From the IMG/VR virus record IMGVR_UViG_3300033141_001736, positions 1 to 54,256 of that record: DNA of 54,256 bases. One strand, 5' to 3'. This DNA comes from a virus (Duplodnaviria > Caudoviricetes). A model generated the notes under the pieces. The model saw nothing but the letters and a program-made list of their open reading frames with translations, did not search any database and was not told the DNA's origin. Within the stretch, counting starts at the first letter, position 1; the number at the start of each line of letters is the position of its first letter. Positions 17,602 to 25,107 of the stretch are shown one piece after another. The position numbers and the translations under genes are program-made.

Positions 17602-17822
17602 TGCCATCTCCTTTCTACTGGGTAAATCTCGACCTCGGCCCTGCCATGGTCCTGAAGACGCCATTCGCTGACCCATCGCTCGTTCAGCCGTTCCAGGCGG
17701 CGCATGCTCGCATCGGTGATGCCTGCGTATGTCCTGGGTGGCTTCCACTCTCGATGGACCTCGGCGTTCCAGCCATAGAGGACGTAAAGCCTTATCTTAC
17801 GAACGGGTGAGGTCTTCATCAT
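17598..17822 (-). CDS. hypothetical protein
   Basis: GAAAGGAG RBS. Confidence 0.55.
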   Translation of the reverse strand: MMKTSPVRKIRLYVLYGWNAEVHREWKPPRTYAGITDASMRRLERLNERWVSEWRLQDHGRAEVEIYPVERRWQ

Positions 17823-17888
17823 GCGGCTCCTTTCGCATTGAATGGCCACTCCCGACCCCAAGCCATCACTTGGGGGCGGGGTCGCTAT

Positions 17889-18065
17889 TCAATTGATTTT
17901 GGTGATGGTCAGCGGGATGTAGTGCGGGCGGCCTTCATCCTTGGCAGCATCCTTCTTGAGGATGATGGCGCACTTTTCACACACCCTCAGGTGCTGGCCG
18001 TCCGTGTGGACGATGAACTTTGCCGCAGGCACCTTGCCGCGACCGAAGTGAACTTGGCACTTCAT
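17889..18065 (-). CDS. 58-aa hypothetical protein (below ORF-track cutoff)
   Basis: Hand-translated MKCQVHFGRGK...VCEKC...; ATGA coupling. Confidence 0.5.
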   Translation of the reverse strand: MKCQVHFGRGKVPAAKFIVHTDGQHLRVCEKCAIILKKDAAKDEGRPHYIPLTITKIN

Positions 18066-18319
18066 TCTTGGCTCCTTCCGATGTTTGCCATCCGGGCGAG
18101 GGCAATCAAGTTGGCCAGATTGAATGTCTCGCTTCGGCCCGTGTTCTCGTTCACCAGGACCATAAACGCCTCATGCCCGAGGCCAGCGTTATCGAGTTTC
18201 TCGCCCCAAACGCCGACCAGAATTACCGGCGGCTCGTGCATGTTATCGGCGCAGCCTTGGGTGACTTCGAGCAATCGCTTTTGACAATCTTGGAGCAATT
18301 CCTTTTCGTAGTCCCTCAT
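18062..18319 (-). CDS. hypothetical protein
   Basis: GGAG RBS; operon context. Confidence 0.6.
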   Translation of the reverse strand: MRDYEKELLQDCQKRLLEVTQGCADNMHEPPVILVGVWGEKLDNAGLGHEAFMVLVNENTGRSETFNLANLIALARMANIGRSQE

Positions 18320-18321
18320 TG

Positions 18322-18636
18322 TTATATCTCCAGTCGTTTGCTTGCGGTCAAGGCGGCAATGTCGTTCGGGTTCAGGATGTCAATGGTCGTAGGTGTGACC
18401 AAGAGCCAATGCGGCCATTGCCGGACCAGCTTGAACTTGTCGTCCAAGACTAGAGCGGGCCGCTCAGCAACGTAAGGCCCACTACTGGGTGTTCCTTCGC
18501 ACCCGTAGTACTGGGTCTTCGGCTCGCCTTCGCGTGCCACCTTTCGGGCGAGCATCTCCACCCGAACCTCGCGGGGGACCTTTCGGGGCCTAAGGGCCTC
18601 GGCCAGCATGTTGGCGTCATTGAGTGGATTGCGCAT
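18322..18636 (-). CDS. hypothetical protein
   Basis: AGGAGAAGACGATG start motif. Confidence 0.6.
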   Translation of the reverse strand: MRNPLNDANMLAEALRPRKVPREVRVEMLARKVAREGEPKTQYYGCEGTPSSGPYVAERPALVLDDKFKLVRQWPHWLLVTPTTIDILNPNDIAALTASKRLEI

Positions 18637-18829
18637 CGTCTTCTCCTATCTCCAGGGCTTCTACTTTGCTCAGAGCCTTCCGGACTACTTCGCGCTTGGT
18701 GGGCAGAACGCCTTGCTCAGGGATGATGCAAACGTCTTTGCCCTCCTCGTCGAACACTTCTGCGTACCAACCGCAGTCATCCTCCGAATAAACTGCTGTG
18801 AAGTAAAGGTGGCGTTTCCTCTTAGGCAT
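18617..18829 (-). CDS. hypothetical protein
   Basis: Start MPKRKR after AAGGAGAGGACG. Confidence 0.6.
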   Translation of the reverse strand: MPKRKRHLYFTAVYSEDDCGWYAEVFDEEGKDVCIIPEQGVLPTKREVVRKALSKVEALEIGEDDAQSTQ

Positions 18830-19205
18830 CGTCCTCTCCTTGCTGTTCCGGCTTGAAGTTGATTGTGTGCCATGCAATACTGTGCATCTCATCAACGGTC
18901 CGTCGAAGGTCTCGGAACGAGAACGGAGCGTTGACTCGCTTCCGAATGTCTATCAGGGAATTGACAATCTCCCTGACAACTATGCTATCCCGCCTAGTAG
19001 TTAGCATGTCGCTGATGGTCTCCAGGTCGCGGATGGCATTGGCGCATATGGAGCGAACCAACTTGCGGGTATCTTCGAAGAAATAGCCAATCTCGTTGTC
19101 CTTGACCTCCTCGATTTCGAACATACGCTTCTGGACCTTTGTTATCTCCTCGCTGAACCTCTTGCCGACTGCATTGATTTCGGGGCCTACGTTCTTGCTT
19201 TCCAT
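18822..19205 (-). CDS. hypothetical helical protein
   Basis: Start MESKNV after GAAAGGAGAGGACG. Confidence 0.65.
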   Translation of the reverse strand: MESKNVGPEINAVGKRFSEEITKVQKRMFEIEEVKDNEIGYFFEDTRKLVRSICANAIRDLETISDMLTTRRDSIVVREIVNSLIDIRKRVNAPFSFRDLRRTVDEMHSIAWHTINFKPEQQGEDDA

Positions 19206-19277
19206 CGTCCTCTCCTTTCGTCTATTGAATAGCCGCTCCCGGCCCCGACTGATGTCGGGAACGGGGTCAGTATTCAA

Positions 19278-19529
19278 TTAGAGGTTCCAGCCGCCTCGGT
19301 CAAACGCAAGGCAAAATGTCTTGCCCGATTGGGTGCAACGGAAGGTAACTTCGCCTTCTGGCGGCGACGGGTCGCTCATTGGCTCCTTGCCATCATTCAA
19401 CTCGAAGGGGAAGAACGCGTCGTAGAATGCGTCATTTCCACTCAGGCACATAATGTTTGCGGGAGCCCCGCACTTGGGGCATGAGTGGTCCTCGAGCAGT
19501 CTGGCGATGACTTCTTCTACGGCCAACAT
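19278..19529 (-). CDS. small Cys-containing protein, first gene of the left arm
   Basis: AAGGAG RBS; CPKC. Confidence 0.6.
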   Translation of the reverse strand: MLAVEEVIARLLEDHSCPKCGAPANIMCLSGNDAFYDAFFPFELNDGKEPMSDPSPPEGEVTFRCTQSGKTFCLAFDRGGWNL

Positions 19530-20087
19530 TTTCTAATCTCCTTCCTGTGCGCATTGGACGGACATTTGGCTAGCGGAACTATGCCGCTCCGCTAGCCCAT
19601 ATCTCAGTCCAATTCCAGCATGGGGTCTATGGGTGCCTCCCAAAAGCACCAGCAGGTCCGGTCCCAACGGCTGACGACCTACTCCCTTGCTCTTCAAATG
19701 GCAAGCCCGGTCCCAACGGCTGACGACCTACCATTTAAAAGAACAACTCCTTTACGGAGCCATGTGGTTTTGCCTCCACGCTTCGCATGAACGCTTCCGA
19801 TGTGCCTAGGGGCCTATCCGCTGGCTGCCCGCCTGTTAGGCACACCGCCGTAGAGGATGCGGTTGTTCGGTCCCTCTACGCTTCTCCTTCTAACCCTCGG
19901 ATTTACGGAGCCGACCTCCGGGCTTTCCGACTGCTTGCAATCCTCCCCACTCCAACCCCTCACCGGATACCCCGTACTAGCGGCCCCGGGCTTGGCGTTG
20001 GCAGTTCGGACACTCGGGCAATCGTTCCACCCTTCAGTTCTGCCACTCCTACCTCGGTTGTAAAGGTGCCTCTTTCCTTGTTCCTTT
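19530..20087 (-). ncRNA. candidate long structured leader / non-coding RNA
   Basis: About 550 nt with no credible minus-strand ORF between a strong promoter and the first gene; many inverted repeats; boxA-like start. Confidence 0.5.
19658..19731. repeat. 25-bp perfect direct repeat, two copies
   Basis: ccggtcccaacggctgacgacctac at 19658-19682 and 19707-19731. Confidence 0.95.
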
Positions 20088-20093
20088 ATAAAG

Positions 20094-20122
20094 ATTATAA
20101 TGGAAAGTTATAAAAAGTTCAA
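20094..20122 (-). promoter_or_regulatory. main leftward sigma70-like promoter
   Basis: TTGAAC-N17-TATAAT on the minus strand in an AT-rich patch. Confidence 0.75.
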
Positions 20123-20166
20123 GTGATTGCCGGGCCGCCGATTGGGCAATTGGGTCTCTATTAGTG

Positions 20167-20195
20167 TTGCATCCACGTCGTATTCGGTGTATATT
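20167..20195 (+). promoter_or_regulatory. rightward sigma70-like promoter
   Basis: TTGCAT-N17-TATATT upstream of the AAGGAG RBS of the first right-arm gene. Confidence 0.55.
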
Positions 20196-20237
20196 GCCCC
20201 TGTATCCACCATGTAATTTCAAGGAGTTGGTATCCCG

Positions 20238-20834
20238 GTGAATGAGATTTGGAAGAATCGCATTGTTGGCCAGGGCGAGATTGACCCTGAGCAATTGTTA
20301 GCGAACCCGAGGAACTGGCGAATCCATCCGGAGGCGCAGCAAGAGGCGCTCCAAGGTTCTTTAGAGGAGGTTGGGTGGGTGGACGAAGTTACCGTCAACA
20401 AACGAACGGGCTTCGTCATTGATGGTCACTTGCGTGTCGCTTTGGCGCTCCGGCATAACCAAAAGAAGGTGCCCGTCAAGTATGTGGACCTGAGCGAAGA
20501 AGAAGAAATGCTTATACTGATGACGCTCGACCCTATTACGGGCATGGCGGTCATGGACGCCGAGAAGATGCAAGTATTGATAAACGAGGTTGCAATCGAG
20601 GATGAAAGGCTTGGCGAAATACTAACCGAATTAAAGGACGAGATGGAGGCGAGGCTTTTTCAAACACCCACCCTCGATGAGCTTGAAGCGGAATATGGCG
20701 AACTCGAGGACGAAGAATTGTGGCCAATTCTGCGCTTCAAAGTAAGCCCCGAAGTTTATGCTATGTTCATGGACCGCTATGATAAAGCCCCCGGCGATTC
20801 GCCTTCCGAGAAAATCGCTGCCATGCTGAAATGA
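20238..20834 (+). CDS. ParB/Srx N-terminal domain protein
   Basis: ANPRNWRIH...SL.EVGW...VIDGHLRV. Confidence 0.8.
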   Translation: MNEIWKNRIVGQGEIDPEQLLANPRNWRIHPEAQQEALQGSLEEVGWVDEVTVNKRTGFVIDGHLRVALALRHNQKKVPVKYVDLSEEEEMLILMTLDPITGMAVMDAEKMQVLINEVAIEDERLGEILTELKDEMEARLFQTPTLDELEAEYGELEDEELWPILRFKVSPEVYAMFMDRYDKAPGDSPSEKIAAMLK

Positions 20835-21700
20835 AGCTATATCTCGCTTCTATTCCATACACAGCAAAAGTGTTGCTCGCCAATACTGGGCGGCCCTATA
20901 ATTTTCTGTTCTCGTTCTATCATTTCATAAACGAAGATATTGCCGAGTTGCAGCAAACATACTTTCCAGAAGGTTTTCGCCTTTTCGCTGATAGCGGGGC
21001 GTTCTCCGCCTGGACACTGGGCCTAGAGATTGACATTGATGCCTACATTGCGTGGCTACATAAATGGAACCGCTTCTTTGATTGCTATGCCAATCTCGAT
21101 GTGCGGGGCGACCTGAAGGGAACAAAAGAAAATCAGCGCATTCTCGAAGAGGCGGGCCTGGAGCCATTGCCTGTATATCATGCAGGCGAGCCTTTTGCCT
21201 ACTTTGAGGAGTTGATTGAAAAGTACGACTACATTGCACTTGGCGGCGTTGCTGGAAAGCATCTGCGCGGGACATCATTGATGCGTTGGTTGATAAGATG
21301 CTTTCGGGCGGTTGAAGGAAAACCCGTCGCGCTGCATGGTTTTGGTATGACAGCTTGGACTTTGCTGAAGTCTTTTCCCTGGTACTCGGTGGATAGCACG
21401 TCGTGGGCAACGGGTAATCGCTACGGAACTGTGCAAATCTTCGATGATGAGCTTGGTTGTTGGTACAGTTTCCATTGTTCCAACAAAAGAAAAATCTACA
21501 CCTATGGGAGGTATTTGCGAAAACTCGGCATAGACCCAAAAGTGTTCGTAGAAGCAAACGACCAGGCGATAAAGAATCGTTTCTTGGCGATAATCGGCGC
21601 AAGGTCCTATCAAGTGGCCGCCCGGTGGCTTACGGAGAAATGGGCACATGCTCAAATTCATCAACCAACTTACGGAATTGGCCGAAAGGCTTGTGATTGA
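20831..21700 (+). CDS. tRNA-guanine transglycosylase-fold (TGT/DpdA-like) protein
   Basis: FADSGAFS, NLD, PVYH, IALGG, LHGFG, YSVDSTSW motifs; adjacent to queC. Confidence 0.8.
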   Translation: MKLYLASIPYTAKVLLANTGRPYNFLFSFYHFINEDIAELQQTYFPEGFRLFADSGAFSAWTLGLEIDIDAYIAWLHKWNRFFDCYANLDVRGDLKGTKENQRILEEAGLEPLPVYHAGEPFAYFEELIEKYDYIALGGVAGKHLRGTSLMRWLIRCFRAVEGKPVALHGFGMTAWTLLKSFPWYSVDSTSWATGNRYGTVQIFDDELGCWYSFHCSNKRKIYTYGRYLRKLGIDPKVFVEANDQAIKNRFLAIIGARSYQVAARWLTEKWAHAQIHQPTYGIGRKACD

Positions 21701-22514
21701 AAATCTTGACCCGCCACCTCTCTTGTTCTGGGAAGCCTTTTTGGAGGCGCTTGGCGAGCCGGAGTATCCGAAGATTGGTGTAACTCAGATACCTTGCGAG
21801 CCGAGAAACGTCGTGCTTGTTTCGGGTGGGCTTGATAGCACAATTGGATATTTCATGTGGCTTGCTCAGGGCAGGGAGCCTACTGGCCTGTATATCGATT
21901 TTGGGCAGAAATACAAAGAAGCAGAGCTCTATGCGATGCGCCAACTTGGCATCCACTTCGAGGAAGAAACCATTGCCCTTTCGGTTGAAAATCGCGTCGG
22001 GGAATGGGCGCACATCATTCCCGCGAGGAACATGATTGCCCTACTTCATGCCGCGCAAAAAGGAAGCAACGCAATCTTATTCTCTGTCGTAAATGGCGAA
22101 AGCCCACCGCGGGGAGGAGACAAAAGCGACCGTTTCATTACGCTCATGGACGATATGCTTCCTCAGCGCATCTACACGATGCGAGAACGAACGAAAGCTC
22201 AATGGGTGCGCTTCGCCATAGACCAGAAGATAATGACAATCGAGCAGCTGCTGAAGACATACTCGTGTTTTGAGGGAACTGTTGGTGTGCAATGCGGGCG
22301 TTGCCAATCTTGCTTGCGCAGGTACATAGCATTCGCCTACAACGATATTCCGGACGATGAAATTCTTTGGAACTACGAAGTTCATCCACTCGAAGGTTGT
22401 AAGGAGGCCATTGAGAAATACAGGAAGAAGATGAGAGTGGGAAATTGTCGTTACACAGCACAGCGAATAAAAGAAACGTTGGCCGTCATCGGAAAGGAAG
22501 ATGTCCATGCCTGA
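21648..22514 (+). CDS. queC: QueC-like 7-cyano-7-deazaguanine synthase (PP-loop ATPase)
   Basis: SGGLDS, IPARN, TK, TYSC...CGRCQSC Zn motif; start may be GTG at 21693. Confidence 0.9.
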   Translation: MLKFINQLTELAERLVIENLDPPPLLFWEAFLEALGEPEYPKIGVTQIPCEPRNVVLVSGGLDSTIGYFMWLAQGREPTGLYIDFGQKYKEAELYAMRQLGIHFEEETIALSVENRVGEWAHIIPARNMIALLHAAQKGSNAILFSVVNGESPPRGGDKSDRFITLMDDMLPQRIYTMRERTKAQWVRFAIDQKIMTIEQLLKTYSCFEGTVGVQCGRCQSCLRRYIAFAYNDIPDDEILWNYEVHPLEGCKEAIEKYRKKMRVGNCRYTAQRIKETLAVIGKEDVHA

Positions 22515-23583
22515 GAAAGAAATTCGTGTCGCGGTTGTTGGTGTCGGTAACTGTGCAAGTGCGCTCATTCAGGGGCTGGAGTTCTACAAGGCCGTTGAGG
22601 CAGATGGCGAGATACCCGGCGTGATGCACCCAAATCTCGCCGGTTACTTCATCCGCCACATAAAAGTCGTGGCGGCATTCGATGTGGCCGCAACGAAGGT
22701 CGGGTATCCCTTGGCCGTAGCTATACATGCGCCACCAAACAATGCCATGCAATTTACCGATGTCCAAAGCGATGTGATTGTCCAGCGAGGGCCCTTGCTC
22801 GATGGCTTCGGCAAGTATCTGAAGGAGCGAGTACCGGTTTCATCGTTGGCCTCCGTCAATGTGACCGACGCCTTGAAAAAGGCGAGGGCGGAAATTGTGG
22901 TCAATTTCTGTCCTGTCGGCTCAGCGCAAGCCACCCGGTATTATGCCCAAGCGGCCCTTGATGCAGGCTGCGCGTTTATCAATTGCATACCCGAATTCAT
23001 CGCCAGCGACGAGGTTTGGGCGGCAAAATTCGAAGAGCGAGGCCTGCCCGTCATTGGGGATGATGTGAAGTCGCAACTTGGTGCCACCATCATTCATCGG
23101 GTCTTGTCGCGATTGTTTGTAAATCGAGGTGTCTGGCTGGACAGAACTTATCAATTGAATTTCGGTGGAAATGGCGATTTCCTCAACATGCTGGAGCGTA
23201 GCCGTTTGACCAGCAAGAAGATTAGCAAAACCCAGTCGGTCAACAGCATGTTGCCAGAGCATCTCGGGGAAGGGGAGATACACATCGGGCCATCTGATTA
23301 CGTGCCATTTCTGAAGGACCAGAAGAATTGCTACATCAGAATGGAGGGGCGTAACTTTGGGCATCAGCCGGTGACAATCGAACTGAAACTGGAGGTGCAG
23401 GATTCTCCCAATAGCGCCGGTGTTGTGATTGATGCAATTCGTTGTGCTAAACTGGCTTTAGACCGCGGCCTTGCCGGTGTTCTGATTGGCCCAAGTGCTT
23501 ATTTCATGAAGTCGCCACCAGAGCAGATGCCGGATTGGAAGGCATTTCGTAAGGTCGAGGAATTCATAAACGAAAGGAGGTGA
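22501..23583 (+). CDS. ino1: myo-inositol-1-phosphate synthase
   Basis: VGVGNCAS, GDDVKSQLGATI, YQLNFGGNGDFLNM, SKKISKT, DSPNSAG, FMKSPP; full length and intact. Confidence 0.95.
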   Translation: MSMPEKEIRVAVVGVGNCASALIQGLEFYKAVEADGEIPGVMHPNLAGYFIRHIKVVAAFDVAATKVGYPLAVAIHAPPNNAMQFTDVQSDVIVQRGPLLDGFGKYLKERVPVSSLASVNVTDALKKARAEIVVNFCPVGSAQATRYYAQAALDAGCAFINCIPEFIASDEVWAAKFEERGLPVIGDDVKSQLGATIIHRVLSRLFVNRGVWLDRTYQLNFGGNGDFLNMLERSRLTSKKISKTQSVNSMLPEHLGEGEIHIGPSDYVPFLKDQKNCYIRMEGRNFGHQPVTIELKLEVQDSPNSAGVVIDAIRCAKLALDRGLAGVLIGPSAYFMKSPPEQMPDWKAFRKVEEFINERR

Positions 23584-23587
23584 TGAC

Positions 23588-23920
23588 TTGATAGAGACAA
23601 TTAAGAACGACGCGGGGCCAATCGCAATCCGCTACACGCCGGAATTTACTGCGATTTGCTCGGTCGGCAAGGCTCCCTTCTCTGGTGTTATGGAGATTGA
23701 GTACTTGGCCGACGACCTGCTCTTGGAGTTCCAGTCCTTTGAGATTTGGCTTCGGGAGCACGCCAACGCCGAGACAACTATCGAGGGCTTCTGCAAGATG
23801 GCTTTCGATGCGTTGACCGAGGCGCTTGGTGACATTCCTCTGGCCGTCACGGTGACGGCTACGACAACCGTACATGCGCCAGTTGAAGCGCGCATCGAAA
23901 GGAACTTTGAAAATGTCTAG
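23588..23920 (+). CDS. QueF-like tunnelling-fold protein
   Basis: PEFTAIC...P....IEY...LLE..S pattern; divergent from the canonical QueF motif. Confidence 0.7.
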   Translation: MIETIKNDAGPIAIRYTPEFTAICSVGKAPFSGVMEIEYLADDLLLEFQSFEIWLREHANAETTIEGFCKMAFDALTEALGDIPLAVTVTATTTVHAPVEARIERNFENV

Positions 23921-24605
23921 GAAAAGCAGGAAGAACCGATTGCCCATTGCTTGGGCCGTAGTGGCATTGGTAGGAGGTTATATCTTCTGCCAGGCTCTTG
24001 CCGATGTTGCGGCTACCAAGATTGTGCAGATTGGCAATGTCACGATGCCTGCGGGCACGTTCGTCTTCGCCATCACATTCACGCTGCGAGACATGCTTCA
24101 CAAGCGTTTAGGGCGTGAATGGGCGCGCGCTGCCATCGTCATGGCGGGCGTTTTGAACCTCATCATGGCGGGTTATCTGTACTGGATGTCTCGCCTGCCC
24201 GCTCCCCCGTTCTATGGCTTGGCCGAAGCCTGGTCTAGCATCTTCGCCTTCGTGCCTGCCATCGTCCTGGGCTCTATCATCGCGGAGGTGGTCAGCGAGT
24301 GGGTTGATACGGACGTCTATCATGCCGTGGCCCGATACTTCAAAGGCCCGTGGCAGTTCATGAGGGTCATCATCTCCAACCTCGTCTCTTTGCCGCTGGA
24401 TAGCCTTATCTTCGGTGCTTTGGCATTCGTGTATCTGCCCGTAATCTTTGGCGCTGAACCTATGCCATTCGCCGCCGCCATGCACATCGTTGGGGGCCAA
24501 ATCATCTTCAAGGCCATTGTGACAGCGGTTTCTCTTCCGGGCATTTACTTGGTCAAAGAAGAACATCTTCTGACGACCGCATCTTTGCAGGAGGCCGGTA
24601 ACTGA
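23913..24605 (+). CDS. yhhQ: queuosine precursor transporter (YhhQ/VUT family)
   Basis: Multi-TM; ATK..MPAGTF.F..TF..RD; R...SN.VS..LDS.IF..LAF. Confidence 0.9.
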   Translation: MSRKSRKNRLPIAWAVVALVGGYIFCQALADVAATKIVQIGNVTMPAGTFVFAITFTLRDMLHKRLGREWARAAIVMAGVLNLIMAGYLYWMSRLPAPPFYGLAEAWSSIFAFVPAIVLGSIIAEVVSEWVDTDVYHAVARYFKGPWQFMRVIISNLVSLPLDSLIFGALAFVYLPVIFGAEPMPFAAAMHIVGGQIIFKAIVTAVSLPGIYLVKEEHLLTTASLQEAGN

Positions 24606-24621
24606 AAGACAGGTAATAAAC

Positions 24622-25107
24622 ATGCCCAATAAGACTTGGCCGCAATACATTGAGACGGCCGAGCGCCGAGCGTTCGTACTGAACCTCAGAAAACGAGGCG
24701 TCAACTATCGTCAGATAGCGCAACTCGCCATTCAGCAATTCGGCGCAGAACGATTACCTGCTGGATGGGATGAGCGATATGCCTACAAAGACGTCAAACG
24801 CGAGCTGGCCCGCCTTCGCAAAGAGATAGCCGAGGATGCCGAGGCAGTTCGCACTCTGGAGTTGGAGCGATTAGATGCCCTGTATGTCGAGATGCACCGT
24901 CAGGCATTACAGGGCATCGTCGGCGCTGTCGATAGGTGTTTGAGAATCATGGAGAGGCGAGACAAACTGCTTGGCCTTTCCATGCCCGAAAAGCTAGAGG
25001 TGACTGGCGAGGGCGGCGCCCCATTGTTGAAAGAGGTCGTCATCATTCATAGCAGCGAGGAGCCGGACGGTGATGGAGCCGACGGTCGAGGCGACGGCAA
25101 GAGTTAA
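24622..25107 (+). CDS. terminase small subunit
   Basis: N-terminal HTH; LELERLD...RR.KLLGL..P.K.EVTG.GG.P; directly upstream of TerL. Confidence 0.75.
   Translation: MPNKTWPQYIETAERRAFVLNLRKRGVNYRQIAQLAIQQFGAERLPAGWDERYAYKDVKRELARLRKEIAEDAEAVRTLELERLDALYVEMHRQALQGIVGAVDRCLRIMERRDKLLGLSMPEKLEVTGEGGAPLLKEVVIIHSSEEPDGDGADGRGDGKS

Noticed and set aside
93-19281. Numerous plus-strand ORFs in the left arm
   Set aside because: They are shadows of RBS-bearing, tightly packed minus-strand genes and show no recognisable motifs
19658-19731. Mini CRISPR array
   Set aside because: Only two repeats, a 24-bp spacer that base-pairs with flanking sequence, no typical repeat end, and no cas operon
19655-19745. 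Hammerhead or twister ribozyme (CUGACGA core; CCGGUCCCAA resembles a twister loop)
   Set aside because: No GAAA after a stem II, the NUH/stem I register does not fit, and the twister pseudoknot partners are missing
19787-20113. 108-aa plus-strand ORF in the control region
   Set aside because: No RBS, low-complexity Pro/Ser composition, and it overlaps the leftward promoter and hairpin-rich leader
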